From positions 1,984,001-2,048,000 of the forward strand of contig CM114271.1 in the NCBI GenBank assembly GCA_050084515.1: 64,000 bases of DNA, read 5' to 3'. Position 1 is the stretch's first letter. The number at the start of each line of letters is the position of its first letter. Origin of the DNA: Blasia pusilla (taxonomy: Eukaryota). This document shows, piece after piece, positions 39,901 to 53,714 of the stretch. The notes beneath the pieces are model-generated. The model had not been told where the DNA came from. It did not search any database and saw only the letters and a list, made by a program, of their open reading frames with translations. Both the position numbers and the translations under genes were made by a program.

Positions 39901-42497
39901 CATGTGTCCTCGAGCAAGCATTACCTCTCTCTACACAAAAAAATCAAATCGAAGAAACCAATAAAACCACGACACAGTAGGAAAAAGATCTGATTTGAAA
40001 GAAAATAGGGTCCCTTACGGTAAGTTAGTCTGATTTTTTTTTATCAAGGCTTCACTTCTTACAAAGTCCCCCTTTTGCCCTTTTCTATATTTAGTAACCC
40101 CCCATGTCCCCTCAAATTCCCTTATGGATTCTATTCTATTCTATTAATTAGGATTGTATCTCAACTTGGGTTGTAAATTACACTCTTTTCAAGGGACAAT
40201 CATTCGTAATTTTTAATTATATGCGACACTAGATGTAGAGGAAATGCAAGGGTTTGATAATAAAATGATAGGAAGGTTAAGTGTTTTGGAATGTAGGAGG
40301 GAAGGAGGTGGGAGAGTTGGACCAAGTGTAGGGAAAGACAACAAGGGAATGAGAGGACTTGGCACTTGTTGATAGAGGGCAACATGAACAATTGATAGAG
40401 AGTGCAAGGATGAAGGGAAAAGATAATAGAGACCGTGAGCAAGTGGTGACTTTTTCCTTCCAACTTGTATCATCTGCTTCCATAAGGTCTCCTCATTTTG
40501 TAAAAATACCCTCTATCAATTATCTTTCCATATCTTCTTACCATCCATGAAATTTCCAATATTATAAATATCTTATCTTATAGATGAGGGATACTAATCA
40601 AGAGAACCTTAACTTATTTTTCTCATTATTCTTGAACCACTTCTCTTCATGTCATTTTGGAAATTTCCCAAATTCGGTCATTATTGACAACTGCATAAGG
40701 AAGTGTCGTCTTAGTACATGAATATTTTTCATTTTGGTATGCTTTCTTTTTAATAAAATCTTCTCTCATTTCCTTTTCTATTATTTCCTCATTTTGAGTA
40801 TGTCCATCATTCAATAGTATTCTCCTATTAAATTAAAAAAAACCATATTAAATCACACAAGCATACTCATGAGAATGAAATTAAGATTAAGAATAATAAG
40901 GATTCAAGAACATTAGAATAGATAACCATTCTCTTGTATTTTCAAATAATGTTTGTCTTCAGCTAAATCTTTTGGCTCATTATGGATAAGATCTTCAATC
41001 TAACTTATGAAAGATATAAGGCTCTATATTATGTAATTCATGTGAGAGCTTAAACAACATAAATTCAACATAAATAAATCTTGGGGAGTTTTAAACTTAT
41101 TTTGAATGAAAAAGAGGTCTTAAGGATACAAGAAATTATTACCACAATCACGTAAAATTTTAAAAGAACCAAGATAAGACTCATCATACAACCACTTTAA
41201 TCTCACCAAAAAAATATTATCAAGTTCCATGCCAAGATACCATTTGTACCAAAGGTGGGCAATTGAGAAAGAAAGGAAAGTTCTAAAAGTTCCATTCAAA
41301 TTCTACTTAAACCCCCTTCCACGATAAATTTGAAAATATAGATATCATCAAAATATCAAAATTCTTATGTTGTCAAGTAACCCTAAGGAAAAGTAAGAAC
41401 AAAGGAAAGTTACAAAATTATAGTATTATTCCCCAATTAATCGTAAATTTTTGGAGAGAAGAAAATAAAGATCTTAAAAATTTTCAAGTTCAAATTTTAA
41501 ATTAAAATTAAAGTCCATTGATTAGTGAATAAAATATTGAAAGAAAACACAAGAATCTAGAAACATCCCACTTATAAATCCTCTCAATTTTTTTTAAAAT
41601 TTGAAAATGTTTGTCATATTTTTTTAATGGATGATAGCTATCCATGTAAGAATGCATTCACAAATGAATTTTTTCAAATGAAATTCATGGGAATTTAAGT
41701 GATTAACCAAAAGAACTCAAGAACCCAAAGTACATACATCAATATTTTTTTTATGGAAATGGATTGCCTTTGAAATCTCCTAGACTACCCCATAGCATGT
41801 GCTCACAAAAATCAAAATTTATTCACATAGTAGTCACTCTATCCAATTAATAACCCTAGAAATCTTTCTTAATGACCCCAAGTTAGTCCTCGTACTTTGT
41901 GGTATGTGTCAAGAGCCACAAGTGTGTCTTTTGTGCACAACGTAAACGTGGACTAACTTGGTTAGTTTACCAGTTTAAGTGTATAGGTTTAGATTATCGT
42001 ATGCATCTACAATAATTGACGTGATATAGTATAAGAATTCAAGATACGTCGTTTCAAATGAAGAGAGATGACATGCAAAGCGATTTGAAATTAATTGCAT
42101 GAAATGGCTCCTATTTAATATTCTTTGTATGTCTCACATTTTCTTTTCGAACATACATTTAATTCCCCTCATGCATTGTTCCTAAATGAGCCACCATTGC
42201 AATTTTGTTTCTATTCCTTGCTAGTGCACCAATTGAGAATTGTTTCATACATCACCCGCGCTTACTCAAATTTTTAGTATGGATTACTTGTATATTTTTA
42301 TAAGTGTATCATGGTGTAATTTCGTCTCCCTTATAATAAGGCCCACATAGAGAGGGCTTGAATGGACTTGAGTTTTGTAGAGTTCAAAAATCCAATAAGG
42401 CGCACATAGAGAGGGCTCAAACGGAGTTGAGTTTTTAGAGCTCAAAAATCCATTAATTAAAAAAAGTAAATTCATAGATTTTTTCCGATAGTTTTAA

Positions 42498-43000
42498 TCT
42501 ATATAATAATTGACAACCCCGTATGCATAATAGGGCAAGATAGTGATATAATAGGACAAAATAAAAATGTTTGAATTTTCTTGTTTGAGTCATATTAGAT
42601 GGATAGAAATAGATAGGGATAGAGAATATGGATGGGGATTTGAGTGGAATAGAAAAATAAAATAATAATTTATTAAATGTTAAAATGGGTGATTATAAAT
42701 TTTAATAAATTTTAATAATTATGATAAATAAAAAAATTTATAATTCATGTCTTAATTCATATTTGATGGAAAAGGAAAATAAATTTTAACAAAGAAGGAG
42801 TAGATTTTGTTTAAATTTTATGGATAGGTAAAATAACTTAGGGAATTGGGATATCATTTAAATTTGAATGGATGTTTGTAATTACTTAGAAGAGTGAAAT
42901 GTTATTATTTTTCTAAGATTTTAGAAAATAGAAATTATGTTCAAAATTTGAAATGAATAATCTAAATATTTTAAAAATAATAAGACTAATTCACATGTGA
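42498..43000 (+). mobile_element. Second, 3'-decayed copy of the Helitron at 833-1460
   Basis: A|TCTATATAATAATTGACAACCCC... aligns with 833 onward, including GAGTGGAATAGAAAAATAA and GAAGGAGTAGATTTTGTTTAAATTTTATGGAT. No 3' hairpin was found. Confidence 0.7.
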
Positions 43001-45155
43001 TATTATGGGAAAAGAAAATTATTTTTTTATTAAAATTAATTAATAATTTAATTAATAAATGTTATTTTGGTGGGAAGTATGGAAATGGAAGAATAGTGAT
43101 TGTTGGAACTTTTATAAAAGAATGAAATTAAAAGAGATGGGCATTATTTAAAGGTGATTTTTTTTTTCTTTTTAAGATTTTAAAAATTAAAAATAAAAAA
43201 ATAAAATTAAAAACTATTACTGACACCTGTTTTTTCACATAATAGTCCACATGAACACTTGTAAGAAAAATATGCCAAACTCCAATTTGAGTCTCCCAAT
43301 GATGAGAAAAAACAAGAGTAGAGAAAGCATCTTTAATGCGTCCAGCCAAAGAGCGCATACCCATGCCCATACGAATTTTCCTCTTTAATTATTTAATTAA
43401 ATAAGAGGAAAATAAAGAAGAATAGTAATTAAAATACCGAAAATCCCATTACGGACATTCCACGCTTTAACAAACTTAGTTATTCTTTGTTCCTTTCCAT
43501 CCGTCGTCCATCCACCACTCCTACGGATGTATGAATACATGTGAACGGACCTCTGTCACCTCTCAGATCTGGGAAAGTAGCCGGGAAAGGGGAAAGTCTT
43601 TTGACCGACAAACCTAGGCGTAATAGAGACCCTGACCGGATGCTCCGATTCTCTTGAATCGTTTCAGTTTGAACGTGAAGGGAAGGACCGACAGAGAAAG
43701 AGAGAGCCCTGTCTCTTTCCGCACCTGCTAGGAGGAGTAGGCGTGGCGCCGTGGGCTAGCTAGATTGTAGATAAAGCGCCGGGTTACTGTTTTCTTTCCA
43801 TTGGCATCTGACAGGATGTATGTCCGCACTGTATGGACACTGACAGAAGAAGACAGGAGTCCTGCTTCCGAGGATCCCACGGTCCCTGTGAGTCTGTGCT
43901 CTCGATACGGTAGATAAAAGCTATCGTAAAGCAGCATCCGCCAGACGACTGTAGCGCGGCCGTCAGTATGACACCGTAAACGGACATTTTTCTTTTTATT
44001 TTTAACTGTTGTGGGAGACTACAATTATTTAGTTAGCTGACTGTAAGCAAGAATTATTATTAATGCGAACAATTGTTTCCTGAATTCATAACCTTCAAGA
44101 TGAGAATCGACGATAGAGGTTAGTCTGGGCCCGCTGCTAGTTTGTTTACTTTGCAAGTGCCGTCACTGCCGTGCGTGACAATTATTTACGGCTAACTGCA
44201 AGAAAAGATTATTATTATTATTATTGGATGTTTAAAGAAAAAAATTCGGAATTCATGACGGCGAAGATAACAATCGACGGTAGATCTTCGTCTGGGCGTC
44301 GTTGTTCTTGTCGTACTTCCTGTCTACTACTGCTCTAAAAGGGTTGCGACTAGAAGGCGAGAACCGAGTCCAGGACTACGGAACCGAAGTAAGCTGAACG
44401 GACTGTAATATACTACGCAGTTCATGAGATTACCACGTTGGCTCGGCCTCACACGTTCCAACGTCTTTATCTTCGCGATTAAATCCCCAAGGCCGTGGAT
44501 TGAATTTTGCACTCGGGCCTCCGGATCTCAGCTGAAGCGCGAGGAACTGCCGATGCGGATGAAGGGCGGGCGAGAGCTTTTTCCACCTCTAAGATTGAGG
44601 CACACACGCGTGGATTGATAGAGGAGGAGGAGGGTGGCGGGTCTATCGGTGGGCGGCGACAGTGGGCTGCTGGTCCTATAGTTGATTGGGATAATTCCCG
44701 TGAGGGTGGACCCTGGCTCCGTCTTTTTCTTTTAAAACCACACGTTTTATGATTTGATGGTTGCTGGTGTATCGGAGTGCTTTCTGAGCTACGGCCGGTG
44801 ATAAGGCATTGGATCAGGACTGCCTTGCAGCTCTCGAAATTATGGTTTTGATCGTGATAGGCTTCGTCGAATACGGGGGAGATTGTCTGTGTGTTTGTTG
44901 GTGAGTGAATGAGAGAGTGAGTGAAAGTGGCTGCAGCCAGGAAGAAAGCTCGCCGGGGATTGAATGCAGGATTCGAACTGACCGTTGTTCATCAGGGGCG
45001 GGTGTTTGAGGCGATCTCAGACAGGACTCGTCAGAAAATGTTCCGAACTTGACTTGTTATTTGGTGTGCTTGGACTCGTCCGAGGGGTCGTCGGCAAGGA
45101 GATCGAGTGATCGCGGGAGGCCTTGAGGGTTCATCTGGGTCCAGATCGCACGCCC

Positions 45156-45611
45156 ATGGAACCAGACCCCAAGTTGTGGTGCCAAATGGAGCAAGGAGGG
45201 CTTGAGAAAGTTCCCAGGCTACTGCTGCGCAAGAGGTACACTAAGCTAGAAACAGCCGTTGTAGATTTGGAATCCGCGACGAGCTTGCAAAAGCGGAGGT
45301 GGAGACTGAGATTGAGACCTAAAGTTCGCGTTCTCATCAGCACAATCTCATCTATAGTGCACCGAATCCGGAAGGCTTATGTGCGAGTGATGCTCAATCT
45401 CGCTGCCAAAGCGCGCGATAGCAAATTGCTCCCAGGCTTGACGCAGAAGAAAAGACGAAGCGCTGGTGCTATCGGCACCTCTACGACGAAGGCCAGAGTT
45501 TTCCGGAAGAATGACCTTGAGCAGAAGTATTTGGACTATATCAAGAAATCCGTCACTGATGGAGAGCTCGCGTACTACACCATGTCCCTTAGAAATGTAA
45601 ATATTCTGTGA
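45156..45611 (+). CDS. Small basic uncharacterised plant protein (about 151 aa, single exon)
   Basis: Intact ORF in a CpG-rich, TE-poor island. The pattern RKRYTKL...RRWRLRLRPKVR...RIRKAYVRVML...EQKYLDYIKKS matches, from memory, a conserved land-plant family of unknown function (RRxYxRL...WRIxxxPKLR...RDAYVxMML...EIYKSL). The start may instead be the ATG at 45186. Confidence 0.7.
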   Translation: MEPDPKLWCQMEQGGLEKVPRLLLRKRYTKLETAVVDLESATSLQKRRWRLRLRPKVRVLISTISSIVHRIRKAYVRVMLNLAAKARDSKLLPGLTQKKRRSAGAIGTSTTKARVFRKNDLEQKYLDYIKKSVTDGELAYYTMSLRNVNIL

Positions 45612-48600
45612 TGACGTGGACGGGATTTCTGAGCCGGCGTTTATTATCTCTACTTCATGTAAAGCAGTTGAAAGTCAGTGTGTTGGCCGTTTGAAAGACG
45701 TGCGTTTGGAGGCGCTTGATCTCGAAGCCCCTCCCCTCCTCGCGAGCCACACAGGAGATATCCTGGAGCTTCTCTTTGTCACGACGCCATACAAGGAATG
45801 CTCACACATCTGAAACTACGGATCGCTTTTTGGAAGATCTACGCTCATATACCGTGTTGTGACGATTCCTTTCTCAGTTAATTACCGTCGGTGTTGAGTA
45901 TGGAAATCCTAGCTACGTAGGACCGTCGAGATCGATGCGGAGGAAACAGAACCATGTGATTGAGAGATAGATAGACAGGTAGGTAGGTAGATATATGGAG
46001 ATGGATAGTTCGTCGAGTGGGACTGGGTGTTTGAGCTCTAGAGCGTTAGTTTTCTCCTCTAGATGCCAAAGGGCTTTGTCAATCTGATGTCCTCCGTGTG
46101 GGGACGGCCTCGGTGCTAGGAAGGACATCATCAGTCTGTTGTTAACCCACGAGTGCAAGCAAATTTGCACAGTCAGCCAGCTAGCTAGCAATGCAAGCAC
46201 CTTGAGTCGGAGAGAGATAGTGGACAGAACGTGCAGATTTGGATGATGGGGCAGAACGGACAGCAATTCATGTACAGGGTTCAGTGACCGTTGAAACTTG
46301 CATTAATACTAGTCCTCGTTCTTGGAGTCCAGTTACCTCATGAAATTGATTCCAACGCTGAATTGTCGAATTCTGTAAGCGAGCTGTAATTTTCTTTGAA
46401 GGTTCCTCTCTCTCTCTCTCATATATATATGATGGGAAAATTCTTTGTTTGTGAGTAAGTGCCGTGACTCTGGAGCTTCAGCAGATCTTTGCTAGTAGCA
46501 ACCAGTACTTACTTCATACCAGAACAAGAATCCTTGAGCGATCTAACGAAGGAATCTCGATTTGACCCACACAAGGCGCCTGCCACACGCGATGATTCAT
46601 TCATGAAGCACAGTGGATTCTCGCATACTACTCTCGCACCCACTTCAAATTTCTCTGCAGACAGCGGTGTTCAGTGCAACAGTAGTAGTAGTAGTAGTCG
46701 TATTAATAATAATACGTGTTTAGAAGTAAACCGTCCGTCGGTCGGGTCGCCTTGGTCCACCGTCCACCTGGCAAGAATAAGCGGATTACTACCACGGACG
46801 ATCTCCGGACACCGCTGCAGTCGCCTGTCGGAGGCATCCTTCCTCCCTCCCTCCCCGCTGTGCCCAGTAAACGCTTATTGGATCTTTCTCGTCAGGTCCT
46901 GTCGTGCCTCCAGCGGCACGACAATTGCAGGCACTGCACGTTTCTTCCCGATGATGCCTCGCGCTTGACACTGTCTTGACAGAGGAACTGAATGAACTCT
47001 TCGCCGGGAACTGCGCCGAGTAGTGTGAATCGCCTGCTCGTACCCGTTGTCATCCATGCATTCGTTGGGGGTCGCACACGCAGAAGATGCGCATCTCTTA
47101 ACACTCATGATTTGTTTTTTCGCACTGCCCGGGATTACTACTACCTCCAAACAAACAAACGAGGCTCTACGCCTTGCGAACGGGCTACACAGTTCCTAAT
47201 GCAACTAACTAACGCAAACACCAACTCAGCTAACTACAAGATTAATAGCCGAAGAAGACAAGATTAATAGCCCGAAGAATCATTATGCATTTTTTATTTT
47301 TCTTTTGAGACGTTATCACTTTTCTTTGTCGTAGTTTCATTTTTATAATAAAGTGGATTATAATTCTTCGGGTCCTTAAATAAGTTTAGGGTTGTCGCCG
47401 TCCTCTTTTGTAAGTCCTTTCTACAAATATGATATTTTTTCGACATTAAAAGTTACATGTGTGACTCTATAGAGAATAGACGTACGAGTCCTCTATCCAG
47501 TTCTCGGTCTTTTGCGAGGGGCTATCTAAGCTAAGTAGAGCCTCTACTAGTTATCTATTTTCTCTATTAGTGTAAATTCCAACCACCATTTTGCCACGGT
47601 TTTCTCCTTTTGGCCACTTAGGATACATGCGTTCATATTTAAATTTGGATCTTATGTTGCCATTTGGGATGAGAACATACGTGTGTTCATATATTGTTTG
47701 TAAGTATTTGTATTTCTCTAATTTTTTCCATTAGATCCAACTCTGATCATCATTTTTCCATAGACTTGTGAGAATAGACTCGTGTTCATATTGTATTTGG
47801 ATGTATTTATCAAAGGATTAATACTTGTGTTATACTTATGAACTTTCCCAATTTCTCCACCGTGTTAGTGTTCTCCGAACATATTCCTCTATAAGACTCT
47901 AAACCAGGGGTTCATATTTTTACCATCCTCATCCACCATAAAAGAGTAAATTTTAAATATAAAAAAACTCTTTTTACAACGGCAGTAGAAAAATCTCATT
48001 AAAAATGACTAATCTATGTCCCTTACTAGTCTTTTCGAATCTACGTCCTTTCGTGGAACATAAATAATAGACATAACACCATGATCTACTCCACCAGGCC
48101 TGGGCAGCCAGACTAGTTATTTTCTTCATCTGACCAAACCCTTCAACGACATTCACGCTGCCCAGCCCAGAGGGAGTCCAGCGATGGCAGAGCGGTGGCA
48201 GATGCTATTGCGGTCATGGGGGTCCACATTGCTGACCGCGGCAGTTCTGGTTCGGTCGTCCATGAGTTTAGGGTGGTTCGGCGAGTCCGTTCTTCACTGA
48301 CGAAACGATAATCGCTAACCATGCTCTGAGCCTACTACTGTAGCCCTACTGCAGTAGGTCTGCCCCTGCTTCCCAACAGCCCTGGGAGGGAAGCTAGGAC
48401 TGCGTGATTAGGGGTCCACCAAGTACAGTACGTGGTAGTCCGGGGACTTTGGGAACCGAGTCCTGAGCTTTGACTAAGCGGATTACAGATTCACAGAGTG
48501 TGAGAGTAAAGTATGGACTTTGAAAATTTAAACGATATGACATTCCGTTAACGGAATCTAGATCAGTCCAGGGCTAAATCTCTGATTCTCTGAATATATA

Positions 48601-48931
48601 CGAATATATTCCCACCGTTCGCTCTTTCAGTCGAAGTTTCTAAGGACTTCGAGGAACGCGGGGACGATTCCCAATGATGGCCAACGAGCGATCGGATTTC
48701 ACGAATCGTTGCCACGTGGCCCACGTCGTTATGGGTTTCCTGATGTCGTACTTACACAAGTACATGGATGACTGGGGTGTCAAAATACGTATATAAATGC
48801 TTTCATCCTAGTTGATGATTGTTGGCTATATATGCTACTTTTTGGAAATATCTCTTGTAAGGTTAGGTTTTGTCTTCCTACTTCCGTAGAGGCCATTTTT
48901 TTAAATGTATTTTTACTTCTAATCAAACTAG

Positions 48932-49398
48932 TGTGGGGTCTCCCACATACAATATATGGGTTCGGGAAGAAGGTTCAGACCTGAGATTGGGAAGAGGGTT
49001 TAGAGGGACGGAAGACTAACGCAGCGGGAAGAAATTCTTGGAGACAACAAGAAATTAGGGCAATACGAGAAACTCCCGGTTGAGAAATCAGGGCCATACG
49101 AGAAACTTCGGGACACTAACATGCCAAACACGAAACTTCATTTCTTGGGAAGAACTTCCGGAGAAGACATACAACACGAGAGGAAAAATCCTGGAGCCTA
49201 ATTAATACTCACACAAGGGAGTAATTAGTTTAGAAAGCAAAAAATCATTGTACGCCCAGAATTTCACATTGTATCTCATCGTATGGATGAGGAATCTGCA
49301 AAATAATCTGTATTCTGCAACCTTTGCACTTGGGGCTCGACTATAGTAGAGGTCGTAAATAAAAAAAGTTGGAGAAAAAGATGAGTTCCCAAATAACA
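48932..49398 (+). mobile_element. Possible solo LTR
   Basis: TGTGGGG...CCCAAATAACA ends and internal short repeats (ATACGAGAAACT twice). The TSD is not clean. Confidence 0.3.
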
Positions 49399-51938
49399 GA
49401 ATAGCAAGGGCTTATTCCATTTGGCGTGCATGACATGGAAGGTTTTCACAATAACAACATTTTCAACAAAACCTACTTTCAGGGTAAATCAGTGAGTTTT
49501 CAATTGTGGTTCGACCATTAAGACCCCTCTCTCCGTCGATTCCGAATGTGGACTCAATGGCACTTTTAGAAGTTCTTCACTCCCCTTCAAGGCCTTCAAG
49601 TGGTAATGCACCATCTTTTGTGGAAGACTATACAAAGGATCTTCATTTCGAACTTGACAAGGAATTTTCACGAAGGCATTTCTTGAAACTCCTCGCTTAT
49701 CAGCAAGTGGGCTATCAGACATAGAATGCTCAAAAACTATGTCTAATAGCCCACTTGAGGAATGAGGTCCTTTTAAAAGATATCGATATAGAATGGCTTC
49801 ATTTGTTACCTCATGTAGGGGATCCCCAAGTACGTGGCTTATGGGATTCTTTTGAATCTCTCGTAACATTTTCTAAATCGTCTATTCTACCTACTTTGCA
49901 CTTGTCCTCCCATTTCATAGTTCTTATATTGGCTGGCCTCTTTTCATATTTCCATCATGGCAACTTTCGGTCAATTTTTTTTACCAATATATTTGAGGGA
50001 GATGATTATGTCTTGGCTTCACAACAAACTATCTTGCCTACTTCTTTTGGAGGTGTAGAGCTTTCTTTCACAATCGCATCGTTGCTATTAGCTATTATGG
50101 GGAGGTGGGCTTTGGTTGCCTTGATTATGACTTCAAGGTTTCTCTAAGGAGATGGACCTATCTGAATGGATGATGTGGCCCATATGGAAGAGAGGGATCT
50201 ATTATTCCAATGATAGCAAAGATATCTCTGAGCTCTTCTTCCACTCGCTACACAAAAATTCCACCCCTCTCAAAAATTTGATTATAGAAGGGCTTGATCA
50301 ACTTCAAGATTTTATCTCCAATATCTCCAAGAATTTGCACCAAATCAACTTTTCTACCATTATCTTTTAGGCATCCTCTTACACTCATCAAGCTTATCTA
50401 CGTTCAAGTACGGGGTAGGAGCAAGGATATGACTTAATGCAAATCCTCTTAGTCTTATGTTCCATCTTCTAAAAAGTATATTCTCAATAGTTCTACGGTT
50501 ACTCATTGGAGTTCTTCATCATTTTCTTCTAGGTGTGTCAAATTGTGTATGAGAGAATTTTGAAATTAGAATTCTACTTCTCTAAGATCTCATTTTTAAA
50601 ACTTTAAAAGCATAGAAAGATAGCAAATCCCAACAAGATCTTCCATTAAAACATGTATGTGAGGGTAATCACTTATAAACATAAAAGAGCAAATCTGAAA
50701 TAGATTGCATGCAAAGCTAGTCTGCAACTTCTATTGAGAAGTGAGTGCTTGCTTGTGCACAACACCACCTTATTAGAATATACAAGACCTGAAGAGATGT
50801 GGTTGAAACCAAGATGCAAGAGTATGTGGTAGATTGGTTCTTGGAGCATTCTCCACACCAATTCACATTCCTTCTTAATAAATCAAGGCACCAACCGAGG
50901 TTCACGTATGTAGGAGCTAATCTCAAGATACATTGCCTAAGAGGACAAGAGTAGAAGTAAATAAAAAAAGTAGGAGAGAGAAAGAGAGAGTTTCCTTGAA
51001 AGGGCCAATATTAGGGACCACTACATGGTGAGGCAAGGTGGAAGGGCCAACACAATAGGAGCATGCCGGCACACCAGGTAGGGCCAACACATCAAGCTAG
51101 TAGAATAAGGATAGACCAACCCATTATAAGCACATTTAATATGATTGAACTAACAAGAATAGTTAAGAAATAACCACTAATCTAACTAAAGTGAGAGAAT
51201 TATAACCAGGCTAGGGTAAACTTCCAACCATAGTTTGCAAAACTTACCACAGTTTAAAACTAAATGGAGGAAGGATTATAATAGAAGACAATTTTATATG
51301 AAAATTGGGAACCCATTGATACAGAGATTATCCACATTCTATGATATGCACATGATGGAGAACGAAAGGCGACCGACGATATCAAAGAGGCTATAGTAGT
51401 AGTGGCTCATACTGCAAGATACATTGTTGCCGGTATGTTGGACAAGAGAAACTATATGTCTTACTTTCTACTACACAAAAAGATTTTTTTTTTAATAGTT
51501 AATCTTGTTATATCATGAGGTGGCCTTTGTCTATTGGATGATGTGGTGGGTTTCTGATCTAAGACGCTAACGTTTAGACTTGGTGTGTCAAGATGGACAT
51601 TATAAAGGTTCTACGACCGAAGAAACAACAAGAATCAAGGAACTAAGTTATGTGGTAAGATATGCGATCAATATGTTTATCCTTTTTGTAGTGTGAGTTT
51701 TTGGGCATTTAAATGTGTCTTTTGATACTTTCTTAAAAACATATGCTCCACCATGCTCTTAAAAAATCATCAACTTGCCTCTTCTTGTAGTCCCTCTCTA
51801 TCCGTTATCTTTGCTTATTTTCTTACAAAGGATCTCGATGCTACTACAATGTGCAAAAATATTGTAGTTGATATTACGCCATAATGGTTGGTGGCCACTC
51901 ATCTTGTTTTCCATTCAAGTTTGACCAACCACTTGCAT

Positions 51939-52096
51939 TTATGTCACATTTGTTTCAATCAATAGGTTGAAACAAATGTGACATAACAACTCAACAAGCT
52001 ACGCAATTAGTAGCTTGTTGAGTTGGTTTTTGTCTTGGCTTGTTGCACAAATAAAGGCAACAATATCCGTCTTGGGATATTGTTGCCTTTATTTGT
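51939..52096. repeat. Cluster of three perfect short inverted repeats
   Basis: Stems of 20 bp (51939-51986), 16 bp (51987-52025) and 22 bp (52047-52096), with 6-8 nt loops. Confidence 0.9.
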
Positions 52097-52846
52097 CCTC
52101 TTTTGAGGTTTTTTTATATAATGAAGTGGATTTTGGGAATTCAAAGAGTTAATGAATTTTAAAACCATCCAAGGAAAAAGGGCAAGAGGATCCCTCTAAC
52201 CCCTTTAACAAGGCACCCCACAAAACTTTGTGGTGGAATGTGTATCCATTCAATTGGTTGTAACAAATTAAGAAATTAGGAATCGATGCAAGAAGTTTTT
52301 TTTTGTTTCAACAGTGAAGGTGCCCACAAGGCTGGTTGTTGATAGTTATTATCAAATATCAAGAACATTAATATTTGATATGATTTTATTTTTCATTAGT
52401 CCTATCTCTTGATAATACATACTAATGTTAATATGTTGAACATGATTTTAGAGATAAAAAATCAAACAAAATATTTTGTGCTAAACTAAACATTGCCACA
52501 CACCATACATCCACACATAAACTAACAATCAACAAAATATATTGGACATCACATCAATATATACACCATCACAATAGAGGCCATACTATGAAAATTAGTT
52601 AGGAAATATAATGCTATTTAAGTCACTTGATAACAATCAAGCCAAATCCACCCTTAACATGAGAGAATCCAAGTCTAATGCTCCATTGGAAGTACACTTC
52701 CCTAGCCTATGCATGGTTGGAAGGCTCAATTGTTGAAAGATCAGCCTCTCCAAGCCTCCCCTTGAGTTATACCTATCTCTAAGCCTCCAAGGAGGTGAAT
52801 ATGCACACAAATTACCCAAATTAAACCTTTCAACAAGACACTAATT

Positions 52847-53370
52847 GTGTCAACCCTCATGACTTATGCTAATATGAATAATCAAAAATCTAGTGGGGCT
52901 CTTACTAAGATGGAAATGCGTGAGGCATGAGTTACCATAGCGAGAGGCGAGCCTAAATGGAACTCTTAAATGCTAATGGTTGTGACTTGAAAGATCATGA
53001 CCAAACGAAGGGTGGAACTTGAGAAGAGCTCAAGTCTCATAAGAGTTGGAATCCAAGGAGGTTGCAACCTAGCTTGGAATATAATTGAGCACTTAGTGAT
53101 TCTCTATATTATGAAGATCATGGCAGTTTGACCCAAGATGAGTTTGTGATGAATAAGGAGGCATTAAAAATCTTGTGATGAACTCATTCTTATGCACCAA
53201 AGATCAAACAAATATAGAAAATAAATATTGAAATATGCCCAAATGTATGGAATGATAGTTTGGGTTGAAGGACACAAGTAAAGCCCAGAGAGATACTTTG
53301 GAAGAAAGAGGAGTAAAAAACTCTACAACTATATATAAGGGTCTCTAAGGGATTTTGAAGCATAAATACT
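52847..53370 (+). mobile_element. Partial degenerate LTR of the chromovirus-like family
   Basis: Starts TGTGTCAACCCTCAT and shares motifs with the copies at 16776 and 58348. It is cut off near a CACTACTACA motif at 53373. Confidence 0.5.
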
Positions 53371-53714
53371 ACCACTACTACATTTTGTAGCCATTTGCAA
53401 GTCGCGGGAGGTGCACCTTAACTTTAGTCATAGTACTAGTAGAGCAACACTAAACTTACAAACTTGAGACTTGGACTCACACATTGTGAGTGCCATGCGA
53501 CTCGAAAGTTTTGTTTTCTCACACTTTTAGTTAATCGATATCTTAGTTTGGTCATAGTAGGCTTACAACAAAGTTGTAATTGATAAGTAAAGTTATTCGT
53601 GGCTCTGCATCTTGTTCATGAGCCTTTTGCAAGTTAGACTTGCAAAAAGGGTAGGAATGGGGTATGTTTATGAGTCGTATTTTGGTAGGACTATTACTTT
53701 GCAAAAATAAGATG

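Noticed and set aside
43840-43905. miR156-like TGACAGAAGA
   Set aside because: Only a 10-nt match, with no complementary arm forming a precursor hairpin.
49470-50930. Possible non-LTR retrotransposon remnant on the minus strand
   Set aside because: No diagnostic RT or endonuclease motif could be read.
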